From IMG/VR virus record IMGVR_UViG_3300025099_000014, positions 1-64,000 of that record: a DNA stretch of 64,000 nt; one strand, written 5' to 3'. Within the stretch, counting starts at the first letter, position 1; each line of letters begins with the position of its first letter. A program made the translations under genes and the position numbers. The stretch is from a virus. This document shows positions 26,523 through 35,960 of the stretch, in pieces. The notes under the pieces were generated by a model, which did not search any database, was not told where the DNA came from, and was given only the letters and a program-made list of their open reading frames with translations.

Positions 26523-28580
26523 ATGGGTTGGGAAAATATTGTGAAAATTAAAAAACCATCACCATATGTCCCAAGAACGGTCACCGTTGGTGAAGAACCA
26601 AACAAAAAGGATTTTAAAGAAATAGGTATTCCACAACCTTTTTTTGATAATTTAGAGGAAAGTTTTCTTAATGATATTTTAGAATTATTACCTGACCTAA
26701 AAATGGATACTATCCAAAAAATTGAGGTTCCATACGATAAAATATTAACATTAGATTTTCTAAGATATAAAAAAATACCATCAGAAAAAAAGAAAGAATA
26801 CTTAACTGATATAAAAAACAAAATAGTTAATGAAATTTTTTATATAGTTATAAAACCTACATTAAAGGGACGGCAATCGGTTCTCCCTCCATATCCAAAA
26901 ACACCATTAAAAATATTACAGGATAGACCTAATATTGATTATGAAAAATATGGTGGGGAGGGTACGCTTTCAGATAGATTCGTAGACCAAGCGGAAGAAT
27001 TAGTTACGGACATAGCCACAGCAATCAGTAGAATATTAGTACCCTATGTTAAAGAAACCACTAAAAGGTCCGAGCCATCCAAAGATGATGACGATACTCC
27101 GAGACAAGAACAGATTGTAGAAACACCAGCGAGTAGTGTAGATATGGGTACGGTCTATGCTACATTATTACAGGGTACGGATAAAGCCAGAGGCTTCAGG
27201 GATACAGTTGATTTAGATTCCGAAGGTAAGCCCAATATTACTAACGAGGTTGTAAGAATCTTTGAAATACATATTAATGACTTGTATAAAAATGTGTATA
27301 TACATAATGCAAGTAAATTTAATGACAAAATTTACGCTAAAGTGGATAAATTTTTTGAGCAGTTACAAGAACTAGATAACTCCGATAAAGATAACGCCTA
27401 CAGAAAACCTCATGTTCTCCTAGATAATATATCAATGTTAAGAATAATAATGAGAATATGGTTCACTGCATATAGATTAACTAATGTAAGAAATCTGAAT
27501 ACTGGGTTAAATAAACCAGTACGACAATCTGCAAAACGTGAATATAAACCAAAGGGCTTAAAAATGTGGATTGGGGATGAAGAATTTGAACTAACTCCAC
27601 AAAATGCTCAATTGTTACAGGAAGAATACAAAAAGGTAGGAACGTATAGTTTCCGCGACCCAAAAGCGGGAGAAAAAACGGCTAAAAGAGAGCAGGAACT
27701 TGCTGAAAAACAAAAACAATTAAAAGAAACAGTAAGTAAAATTAAGGAAATAGATAAACTTTTACAGGATACAGATGAAAGAAAAAACGAAGACGGGTTA
27801 TTAGACCTAGCAAATATGATTGATAGTGGTGAGGTTGAAGTATCGGTAGGTGGAAAGTCGATACAAGACAGTGAATTAGTATCAAGTCAGAAGTTAAGAG
27901 CAGACCGTAAAGAATTATTACGTCAGCATAAAGAATTAGAGGCTACTATTCGTGTTAAACCATCCATTGAAGACAAAGAAATAATTGAAGCGGCTATGGC
28001 AATGGTAGACCCTTCTTATGCAAGGTCAGGAAAAACAATTACTAGAGAAGGTGCTCAACAGACGCAATCAATGAAAAGACGTGCTGCACTTGGAGCATAT
28101 GATACGCCACCATCGGATGATAAGCGTTCTAAAGAAGAGTGGGAAAAAGAATTCCAAGAGGCTCAAGCCGAAATGTATGGCGAAGGTAAATACCCTAAAG
28201 GGGGTAAAGTGGGCAAAGCATTGGATTTACTAATGGGTGAATTGGGTGTAACATCAAATACTATAATTAAAGCAGACAATAGTAAAATTCTACAAGAATT
28301 AAATAAAAAAGACAAAAGATTAGTAAAGACCCTACTACAGTTGGCACACCCAACAGAATACTTCAATGAGGATGCCCTAAAATTAGGAGAACTTATTACG
28401 GTATTGAAGTCGTTGGGTATTGTTAACGATAATAAGGCGCTAAAAAAGAAAGTCCTTAAATACGAGGACGAGAATCTAAAGGTTGTGAAGAGAGCGGTTC
28501 GATTACGCCGCGAATATGAAAAACTATATAAATCAATTAGAGAAGTAATCTACCCGAAGTCAGGTGAAAAAGATGAGTAA
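26523..28580 (+). CDS. Large helical W-tag protein
   Basis: AGGTGA RBS; MGWENIVK; coiled-coil regions; internal TIIKAD. Confidence 0.85.
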   Translation: MGWENIVKIKKPSPYVPRTVTVGEEPNKKDFKEIGIPQPFFDNLEESFLNDILELLPDLKMDTIQKIEVPYDKILTLDFLRYKKIPSEKKKEYLTDIKNKIVNEIFYIVIKPTLKGRQSVLPPYPKTPLKILQDRPNIDYEKYGGEGTLSDRFVDQAEELVTDIATAISRILVPYVKETTKRSEPSKDDDDTPRQEQIVETPASSVDMGTVYATLLQGTDKARGFRDTVDLDSEGKPNITNEVVRIFEIHINDLYKNVYIHNASKFNDKIYAKVDKFFEQLQELDNSDKDNAYRKPHVLLDNISMLRIIMRIWFTAYRLTNVRNLNTGLNKPVRQSAKREYKPKGLKMWIGDEEFELTPQNAQLLQEEYKKVGTYSFRDPKAGEKTAKREQELAEKQKQLKETVSKIKEIDKLLQDTDERKNEDGLLDLANMIDSGEVEVSVGGKSIQDSELVSSQKLRADRKELLRQHKELEATIRVKPSIEDKEIIEAAMAMVDPSYARSGKTITREGAQQTQSMKRRAALGAYDTPPSDDKRSKEEWEKEFQEAQAEMYGEGKYPKGGKVGKALDLLMGELGVTSNTIIKADNSKILQELNKKDKRLVKTLLQLAHPTEYFNEDALKLGELITVLKSLGIVNDNKALKKKVLKYEDENLKVVKRAVRLRREYEKLYKSIREVIYPKSGEKDE

Positions 28581-28806
28581 TGATAACGATTTACAAATGT
28601 TACTAAAAGAGTTAGTAGACCGTGTTAAAAGCCTTGAGGCTATGGTTTACAGTTCAGATAATATTCTTATGAAGTCGGGTCTTGTTAAGACCCAAACACA
28701 GGTTCCCGCTGTTTCTAGTGGTAGTCCACTACCCGATGCTGATACCATCGCAAAAATGGATTGGACAGAACTAGACAGCATGGTTAAAAAAATTAATGGT
28801 GAATAA
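28573..28806 (+). CDS. Small coiled-coil protein with scaffold-like C-terminus
   Basis: AGGTGA RBS; ends IAKMDWTELDSMVKKINGE, compare scaffold end IGELSWEEVNALARELQE. Confidence 0.7.
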   Translation: MSNDNDLQMLLKELVDRVKSLEAMVYSSDNILMKSGLVKTQTQVPAVSSGSPLPDADTIAKMDWTELDSMVKKINGE

Positions 28807-28807
28807 T

Positions 28808-29416
28808 ATGGAATACGATAATTTAGGAGAAACAGAAAATTTAAGCGCACATAGGGATGCCCAAAGCGATGCGGAAAAGAAAGTAACAATGGCCCTAACA
28901 CAATTACGAGATTTAACAACATTGATTAGTAACCATTTAGGAAGTCCAGTGGACCCTGATGAACACGCAGAAGATGTTAAAGTAAATAAGCCAGCATCTA
29001 AGAAAGTAGATGTATTTGGTGTTCAATTTGATGATGGTCCATTAGGTCCACGTTCTATTCCTCGTGGTGCTGCAAAACCAAATAAGCCAACAACAATGAA
29101 AAAGGCATATGGTCGTGATAAACTAGATAGAGATTTAGCAGGACAAAAGTATGTAGGGCGTGGTGCAGACCGTGAACCTATGGAGGATGAAGCCGGTCCT
29201 ATGGAAAGAGGTCCAGTAATGGGTAAAAAGCGTAAACCATCAGTAAAGGAATCTTTACCAGAAATGGCTGCTTCTTTTAAAGCAATTGCTGAACAGGTAA
29301 AATCTGTGAACATGTTGTTGGGCAAATTAGTCGAGCAGGAGGCTTCAACAAAAGTTTCCGCTAAAAGAGCAAATAGACCACAGGATGAAGACGAGCCTAC
29401 TAAGGACAGATTCTAG
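28808..29416 (+). CDS. Hypothetical, largely low-complexity head-module protein
   Basis: GGTGA RBS at 28798; charged and Pro-rich. Confidence 0.75.
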   Translation: MEYDNLGETENLSAHRDAQSDAEKKVTMALTQLRDLTTLISNHLGSPVDPDEHAEDVKVNKPASKKVDVFGVQFDDGPLGPRSIPRGAAKPNKPTTMKKAYGRDKLDRDLAGQKYVGRGADREPMEDEAGPMERGPVMGKKRKPSVKESLPEMAASFKAIAEQVKSVNMLLGKLVEQEASTKVSAKRANRPQDEDEPTKDRF

Positions 29417-29426
29417 GTGGTTTAAT

Positions 29427-29846
29427 GTGGATTGGAAAATTATCCTAAAAGCAAAATTATCTGATTCTCAACGTATTACTATAATGCGTATTATTACTAA
29501 ATATTTACAAGATAAAAATATAGGTATTAACATAGAATATACCGGTATAGACCCCGGTGAATTTAGTTTTGGGACTGAACAAGAAGTAAGATTTCCTAAT
29601 AACTATAAAATTACCACATCAGACGCTTCAGCAAATTTTCATATAGATTTTAATCCTCATAATTTACAACCTGTAATTAGACATAAAAGTGGTCAACTAA
29701 GTTTAACACTAATGTTAGAAGATATTTTAGGAGTAGGGGACCCAGAAAGAGCCGAAGAACCATTAATAGATATGATAATGGAAGTAATGAAAAAACCAAA
29801 AGCCGACAAACCAAAAGACGACAAAGGGGATGTTTCTTTTGGTTAA
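29427..29846 (+). CDS. Hypothetical W-tag protein
   Basis: AGGTGG RBS then GTG 29427 gives MDWKIILKA. Confidence 0.75.
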   Translation: MDWKIILKAKLSDSQRITIMRIITKYLQDKNIGINIEYTGIDPGEFSFGTEQEVRFPNNYKITTSDASANFHIDFNPHNLQPVIRHKSGQLSLTLMLEDILGVGDPERAEEPLIDMIMEVMKKPKADKPKDDKGDVSFG

Positions 29847-31929
29847 TAGGTGGATGCCAAAATATAATCACTGTAGGGTCTTATATCTTACCGCCAAAGA
29901 AGACCCAAAAACCTATGGTGGTGAATGGGCAGAACTTATTTCTGAACTACAAACGAGTATGGAAGATGACGAACATCTTAAATCATACGTTGAACTACGA
30001 ATACCACTTACTCGACTTAATCAAGCAAGGAATGTTACATCATCCCATGCAAAATTAGTTCTAGACGTGCTACGTGAAATTGCCACATCTAGCCCTATAT
30101 CAAAAGAAGACCAAACTAAACTAAACACTTTTATTATGCCAAATAAACCTATGTATAGAATATTCGAGATTGATGACCTTAAAGAACTTAAGGGGTTTAC
30201 AGGTGAGTGGATTGTTCAAGAAAAATTTGATGGTCTTCGTATTCAGATTCACAAACTTAAAACTGTAAAAATATTTTCATTTAATGGTAGAGATATTACA
30301 GATAAGTTCCCAAAACAAGTAAAAAGATTAGAGCAAGATGTGTTTCCAAAATGTATATTAGATGCGGAAGCCGTTCTTTACAAAGATAACGAACCCCTAC
30401 ATAGAGCAGACACAATTGCTTATATTAACAAAAAAGACGCTAAGGCAGATATTAAAGTTCACGTATTCGATATTCTTCGGCATCAAGGTGAAGATATTTA
30501 TGCTAAGAAGTTAGAGGAAAGAATTATGACTCTCTTTAAAGAATATTCTGCACTAAGCGACGACCAAATACAATTCCCATCTAAACGCGATACGCGCTCT
30601 GCAGATTCATACGAAGAGATAGAAGATTACGCAAAGGAGATAATGCAAAATCCAACATCAGAAGGAGTAGTTATTAAAGATAGTAAGTCATCATATGTTA
30701 TTGGTAAGAAGAAAAATCCTAAGTGGGTTAAATGGAAAAAATTCATAGATTTAGATTTAATGGTATTAGAAGTTAGAGAAAATAAAAATGGGACTTATAG
30801 TTACACATTAGGTGCTGGACCTATGGATGACGATGATGAATATAAACCAGTTGTAGAACATGAGGGTAAAAAATACCTTAACGTTGGAAAGGCTCTAAAT
30901 ACAAAAGAAAAGGTAGAAGTTGGAGATATTATTAGAGTTAAGGTTGACGAAGTTCAAGCAAATAAAAAGGGATTTTCTATCTACTCTGCCAAATTTGTCG
31001 AGATACCTGAAGTAACAGAAGCGGAAAGAATTATTACCTTAAAGTTCCTTTCAGAAGATAACAAAAAAAGATTATCAGATTATACTATTGAAGCACTAAC
31101 TAAATCATATGTAATTACAGATAACATACATGGGTCTGCAATTATTAAAGGTGAACTATCTATGGAAGGTTTTATCGTTCACGGGTTTGAAGAAAATAAC
31201 CTCATGGCAAAAAATGCTACTATTGATATAGAACTTTGGAAGGAGGAACTAGGTAATAAGTATCTAAAGGATAGTGCTGTTTTAATGACATTGGTTAGTA
31301 ATATGACTCAAGAAGATACCAAAGTATCTGTAAAAGAAATAATCTCCCGTGCTGAAAATATGAATAATATACTTAGTAGATTATTTAAGGGTAAGGGTGA
31401 AAAGTTAGAAGAAGAAGTTACTGCCTTTTTACGTGAGCGTGGTAATGCTTATGGTATTCTGTATGATAAACCTGCTCGTCTTTTTTATAATGATGATAAA
31501 ATAGAATTAAAAGAAGAACCTACCACGTTTGAATTATGGCGAAGAAAGGACAAAGACCTTAATTTTGTAATAAAGCACAAAGGAAAAGAAATGGTTTGGC
31601 GAATAGAACAAAGTGAAGACATAGATATGTATAATTTGTTTGGTAAGGCGGATAAATTTTTAGCACAAATAGATACTGATGCGGATAAAGTAAAATTATT
31701 ATCTAAAGGTGGTGCAGTAATTGGTAGTCAAAGAAATGGTTATCACGAATACATAATTGATTCAAAAATGTATGATGGTAAGATACACTATCGGGTCGTA
31801 CCATTTAAAGATAAGAATAAGTGGATAGTATGGACAGGTTATAAAACCAAGCCCACAGATAAGACAAGCGATGAAGGACTTGTAAATATCTACGACGATA
31901 AGTATAAAAAACTCAAGTTTTCCGATTAA
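29830..31929 (+). CDS. ATP-dependent DNA ligase with long C-terminal extension
   Basis: Motif I QEKFDGLR, III ILDAEAV, IIIa HVFDIL, IV EGVVIK, V WVKWKK, then an OB fold; start uncertain (29830 or 29854). Confidence 0.92.
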   Translation: MFLLVNRWMPKYNHCRVLYLTAKEDPKTYGGEWAELISELQTSMEDDEHLKSYVELRIPLTRLNQARNVTSSHAKLVLDVLREIATSSPISKEDQTKLNTFIMPNKPMYRIFEIDDLKELKGFTGEWIVQEKFDGLRIQIHKLKTVKIFSFNGRDITDKFPKQVKRLEQDVFPKCILDAEAVLYKDNEPLHRADTIAYINKKDAKADIKVHVFDILRHQGEDIYAKKLEERIMTLFKEYSALSDDQIQFPSKRDTRSADSYEEIEDYAKEIMQNPTSEGVVIKDSKSSYVIGKKKNPKWVKWKKFIDLDLMVLEVRENKNGTYSYTLGAGPMDDDDEYKPVVEHEGKKYLNVGKALNTKEKVEVGDIIRVKVDEVQANKKGFSIYSAKFVEIPEVTEAERIITLKFLSEDNKKRLSDYTIEALTKSYVITDNIHGSAIIKGELSMEGFIVHGFEENNLMAKNATIDIELWKEELGNKYLKDSAVLMTLVSNMTQEDTKVSVKEIISRAENMNNILSRLFKGKGEKLEEEVTAFLRERGNAYGILYDKPARLFYNDDKIELKEEPTTFELWRRKDKDLNFVIKHKGKEMVWRIEQSEDIDMYNLFGKADKFLAQIDTDADKVKLLSKGGAVIGSQRNGYHEYIIDSKMYDGKIHYRVVPFKDKNKWIVWTGYKTKPTDKTSDEGLVNIYDDKYKKLKFSD

Positions 31930-31930
31930 C

Positions 31931-31938
31931 TTTATATA
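31931..31938 (+). promoter_or_regulatory. TATA box of the protease-capsid operon
   Basis: TTTATATA 31 nt before ATG 31962. Confidence 0.75.
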
Positions 31939-31961
31939 GTATAGTGGATTAACCTCTGAGT

Positions 31962-33212
31962 ATGGCGTTAAGCACAAATATGCTAGGAGCGCATTTTGGA
32001 GCCGGAAGTGAACTGGTTATTCTAAAGGGTAGTAGAAACGAACCTTTAGTAATTGCTGGCTACGCATCAGTAGATGTAGTAGATAAGCAGAATGACCTAA
32101 TTACGTTAGATGCACTTAAGGAAGCATCTGATAAGTTCATGAAAGGTGATTATAAAAATGTTATGATAACGCATTCCAATGTGCAGGTAGGAGAAGTGAT
32201 TGATAATTGGACGGACTCAAAAGGAAATGTATTAAAAACACAAGTTGATGATACAGGACTTTTTGTAGTTATTAAACTTAGAGAAGATATTGAGAAAGCA
32301 AGAGAAGTAGGACGTGAGATTCGTAGGGGAAATCTACGTTCTTTTAGTATCGGAGGTCAAGCCCTTCACAAGTCGAATAGATACGACCCCGATGTTGGAA
32401 CATATAAGGAGATAGATAAGTTGGAGTTACACGAAGTAACGATTTGTGAAGAAGGCATAAACCCCGAAGCGAAATTCGATATTGTTAAAGAACATAAAAG
32501 AGATGATAAAATGTCAGAAGAAATTGCAAAAGCATTAGAAGAATTTAACGACGTTGTAGCAGCATTGCGCAACCAAGTTGATATTAAGAAAGATGATTCA
32601 ATGGACGAGGAAAACATGGAACCTATGATGGAAACAGATGAGGAACTCATGGAAGCCCCGGTAGAGAATCTTATGGATAAGGCTGAAGAAGATGACGAAG
32701 AGATGTTAGACGACGAGGAAAATAAGGCTGAGTCCGTAGTATACGGACACAACGAAACTGGTCAGTCCCGCATTGATGGTGCATTAACTGGACGCTACAG
32801 TGGCGAATTTAAGAATTTCGTCACACGAAAGTCCGAGAGTATTAACTCATTGGACTTAAGCGAGGAAACCCTCGCAAAGGCTTACGAGCAGTTTAAGTTA
32901 GAAAAGGAAGAGGCCCGCGCTTATGATGTAATCAAGGAGCAGTTTGAAAACCTTTACGAGCAAGAACTAAAGTCAGAAGCAGAAGATATTGCTAAGGCAA
33001 ATTACGACGCTGCTGCTGAAGTCGCTGCACTCAAGAATGAGTTCGCAGAACTTCGCAAGTCATTAGAAAGTAATAACAATGTTATTGCAAAGCAGGTTCA
33101 GAGCGTTGCTGCTGGACCACAGTTAAGTGAGGAAATGCTCTTAAAGATGCAAAACATTGGAGAACTATCGTGGGAAGAGGTTAACGCCCTAGCCCGCGAA
33201 CTACAGGAGTGA
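31962..33212 (+). CDS. HK97-type prohead protease fused to an acidic coiled-coil scaffold domain
   Basis: IAGYASVDVVDKQNDLI, catalytic His (MITHSNVQVG), catalytic Ser (LRSFSIGG), LHEVTICEEGINPEA; directly upstream of the capsid gene. Confidence 0.92.
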   Translation: MALSTNMLGAHFGAGSELVILKGSRNEPLVIAGYASVDVVDKQNDLITLDALKEASDKFMKGDYKNVMITHSNVQVGEVIDNWTDSKGNVLKTQVDDTGLFVVIKLREDIEKAREVGREIRRGNLRSFSIGGQALHKSNRYDPDVGTYKEIDKLELHEVTICEEGINPEAKFDIVKEHKRDDKMSEEIAKALEEFNDVVAALRNQVDIKKDDSMDEENMEPMMETDEELMEAPVENLMDKAEEDDEEMLDDEENKAESVVYGHNETGQSRIDGALTGRYSGEFKNFVTRKSESINSLDLSEETLAKAYEQFKLEKEEARAYDVIKEQFENLYEQELKSEAEDIAKANYDAAAEVAALKNEFAELRKSLESNNNVIAKQVQSVAAGPQLSEEMLLKMQNIGELSWEEVNALARELQE

Positions 33213-33217
33213 TATAA

Positions 33218-34516
33218 ATGAGTGTAAACACAATTAGAACAATTCAGGATTTAGAACGAGCAACCTACGGTAGTATGGGTGGAATGCAGTTACTAAAGGG
33301 AGCAGGAGCAGAATCAGGTATTCACTCCGCTCACGATGTAACTCTTCAATCTGCATTTAACGGTAGTGGGCTTTACAACCATATTTACGGACAGAAAGTT
33401 TGGTCAATGCTTAACCGCGAAATTAACGCATTAAGTATTTTACCTAAGAAACCTTGGTCTTCCTCCGGTTGGCGCATCTTAAAGGAGCGAGCAATTGGTG
33501 GCGGAGCAGATGTTTGGGCTACGACTGGTGGAACTGGTCACGGTTCTCTAACAGAAGGAGCAATTGGTGGTGTAGCAGAAAATGCAGCATTTACAACAAG
33601 TGCAACAGATGGACTAAGTCCATTGAAGCCAGTTTATGATGTACTATATGCTAGCCCAAAAACCATTGCACATCAGTTCGAGATTTCCGAACTTGCTGCT
33701 GCTATGGCAAAGATTGACGATGGAATTGGCGATATTATGTCTGCTTACCGTGAAGAAATTGGTGTTTCTCACGCAGAAGTCATGAATCATATGGCTCTAA
33801 TGCCACTTGAATCCCAATTTAGTGGTGCTACACCATTAAGCGGAATTGCTAACAACCTAACTTCTTTGTATAAGATTGTATCTTCATATGATGAAGTTAA
33901 CGCTATGGACGGTGGAGTAATTATCACTGGTACACAAACTGCTGCTGAAGAATTAGTACGTCTTTATGGTCATGACCGCGCCGCTTCTGGTGCTGATTGG
34001 CTAAACGCATATGTTGACTACGGTTCTTCATACGCTGCACGACGACCATTAACTCTTAACTTGTTAAACACAGCATTACGCGAGTTGCAGATTCGTGGCG
34101 GTTCACCAAAGGTTATCCTAACAGGATATGATACAATTCAGGCCCTCGGTGAATTACTACAATCTCAAGAACGATTTATGGGACGAACAGAAATTGTTCC
34201 TACTCATAACGGTGTTCGCGGTGTAAAGGGACGAGAACTTGGATTCAAGGTTGCAACATACCATGATATTCCAATTATCCCAACAAAGGAAATGGGAAGT
34301 ACTGGCTCAGGAACTGGTCTATCAGATATACTTATCTTAGATACAGACCATATTTTCCTATGCACTCTAAAACCAACCGAATATTTCGAGGGCGGTATTG
34401 ACGCTGGCGACCCATTCGGTGTAGGCAAACTTGGAAACCGAGGGCTTTACCGAACAATTGGTGAAGTCGTCTGTACTTTCTTCAAGGGTCAAGGTAAGAT
34501 TACTAACCTTTCGTGA
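33218..34516 (+). CDS. Major capsid protein (HK97 fold)
   Basis: 432 aa after the protease; LPKKPW, GGSPKVILTGYDT, VATYHDIPIIP, C-terminal GQGKITNL; codon usage of a highly expressed gene. Confidence 0.9.
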   Translation: MSVNTIRTIQDLERATYGSMGGMQLLKGAGAESGIHSAHDVTLQSAFNGSGLYNHIYGQKVWSMLNREINALSILPKKPWSSSGWRILKERAIGGGADVWATTGGTGHGSLTEGAIGGVAENAAFTTSATDGLSPLKPVYDVLYASPKTIAHQFEISELAAAMAKIDDGIGDIMSAYREEIGVSHAEVMNHMALMPLESQFSGATPLSGIANNLTSLYKIVSSYDEVNAMDGGVIITGTQTAAEELVRLYGHDRAASGADWLNAYVDYGSSYAARRPLTLNLLNTALRELQIRGGSPKVILTGYDTIQALGELLQSQERFMGRTEIVPTHNGVRGVKGRELGFKVATYHDIPIIPTKEMGSTGSGTGLSDILILDTDHIFLCTLKPTEYFEGGIDAGDPFGVGKLGNRGLYRTIGEVVCTFFKGQGKITNLS

Positions 34517-34528
34517 GTGTGATATAAG

Positions 34529-34894
34529 ATGACACATACAGTAACACTAATTAGTGACCATTTAGGCTCGACTCGTCCTAGAGTTATGGGTAGTGAATAT
34601 GTTGTAGATGCTAGTATTGATATTACTTCATATACCGCTAACGGGGAAACAATTACTGCCTCTAGTTTAGGCTTAAGTGAAATTTCTTGTGTAGTAGTAT
34701 CTGGTATTTCAGTAGATACTATTTCTGGTGGATATGCTGTATCTATGATTAGTGCAGAAGTAGCATCTGGAGCAACCGATGGTGGTAAATACCAAACGGG
34801 TGCAAACAGAAATGAGTTTCAAATTCATGCTGCTGCTGCATCTAATACTGATAACATTGGCGAAATTAGAGTAAGAGTTTGGGGACTACTTTGA
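34529..34894 (+). CDS. Putative capsid decoration/minor head protein
   Basis: Small beta-rich protein directly after the capsid gene (YTANGETITASSLGL...IRVRVWG). Confidence 0.55.
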   Translation: MTHTVTLISDHLGSTRPRVMGSEYVVDASIDITSYTANGETITASSLGLSEISCVVVSGISVDTISGGYAVSMISAEVASGATDGGKYQTGANRNEFQIHAAAASNTDNIGEIRVRVWGLL

Positions 34895-34904
34895 GGTGAA
34901 TAAG

Positions 34905-35276
34905 ATGGTTCGAGTACGATACTTAAATGGATTTTGTCGCGTATATGGTAAAGAATTTTACCCTAATATGTGGACAGAAGTACCGGACGATTGGCTGCCT
35001 AGATTAAGTAATGATGCAGGTTGGGAAATTGAAGGAGAAACAACAGAAGAAACAACAGAAGAAACAACTGAATTAGTTGAAGAAACTGTTGAAGAAACTG
35101 TTGAAGAAACTCTTGTGGTGGAGGAAGAAGAATCTTCCGATGAAGCCCAAGAGGAACCTTCACTATCAATGACCAAAAAAGAATTACAAGGTCTATGTGA
35201 CGAAAAAGGACTTGAGTATTCTAAGTTAGATACTAAGTCCACACTTCTAGGTTTATTATCCGGTGAAGAAGAATAA
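34905..35276 (+). CDS. Protein with acidic repeat linker and C-terminal HeH/Rho-N-like domain
   Basis: GAGGTGA RBS; ETTE/VEET 12-nt tandem repeats at about 35037-35111; MTKKELQGLCDEKGLEYSKLDTKSTLLGLL. Confidence 0.7.
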   Translation: MVRVRYLNGFCRVYGKEFYPNMWTEVPDDWLPRLSNDAGWEIEGETTEETTEETTELVEETVEETVEETLVVEEEESSDEAQEEPSLSMTKKELQGLCDEKGLEYSKLDTKSTLLGLLSGEEE

Positions 35277-35285
35277 TTATTATGT

Positions 35286-35336
35286 CCGCTATCCGCAAAT
35301 CTACACTAAGTTTATAAGTAGGTTTGCGGGTAGTGG
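35286..35336 (+). promoter_or_regulatory. 19-bp stem-loop with three G.U pairs and a TTTATAA box in the loop
   Basis: CCGCTATCCGCAAATCTAC (35286-35304) pairs with GTAGGTTTGCGGGTAGTGG (35318-35336); intergenic. Confidence 0.75.
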
Positions 35337-35354
35337 TATTAAGTCGGTGACTAT

Positions 35355-35960
35355 ATGCCTAGAACAAGAAGCATTAGATGTACTGAAAACACAAATGTTA
35401 TTCAGCAATTAGAAAAGATACGTGATGGTAATGTTACCACGCACGAAAACCCCTGTATGTTTAGGGGATTATTAATAGTTAGTACTAACTCTGGAGCAGA
35501 TGTTGGTGCTAATTTTAGTATTTATGAAAATAATATTGGTAGTGGATTTACTGTCCCTGCCGCTGTTGCTGTTTCAGCATCGAATAAAACAATTACTTTA
35601 TCTAGTGGTTCATGGTTAAATCGCGGCTTACGCGTTGGTATGGTTATTACTATTTCTGGTTCCGATGAATCAGGTAATGATGGTGATAAAACAATTACCG
35701 CTTTAACCGACACTGTAATTACTGTATCGGAATCAATGGCTGATGATGCCTCAGATACAGGTATGGTAATTGATATTAAAGGTGGAGATACTGTTGGATT
35801 AGTCGCAAAGTTCGCATATAAGAGTATGGGTTCTAGCGGTGGAGCCGGTGGAAATGACCCTACTGAATTATACGAATTTAGTGGTATTCTTTGTCGTGGT
35901 GGACTCCGAATTGAATCAAGTTCTTGGAGTAATTTAGAGGCTTACATTCTTGTGGAGTGA
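35355..35960 (+). CDS. Putative virion protein with a beta-rich module shared with tail proteins
   Basis: GGTGA RBS; TITLSSGSWLNRGLRVGMVITISGS...GNDGDKTIT. Confidence 0.65.
   Translation: MPRTRSIRCTENTNVIQQLEKIRDGNVTTHENPCMFRGLLIVSTNSGADVGANFSIYENNIGSGFTVPAAVAVSASNKTITLSSGSWLNRGLRVGMVITISGSDESGNDGDKTITALTDTVITVSESMADDASDTGMVIDIKGGDTVGLVAKFAYKSMGSSGGAGGNDPTELYEFSGILCRGGLRIESSSWSNLEAYILVE

Noticed and set aside
35037-35111. 12-nt tandem repeats
   Set aside because: In-frame slippage repeats encoding an acidic linker; ordinary.
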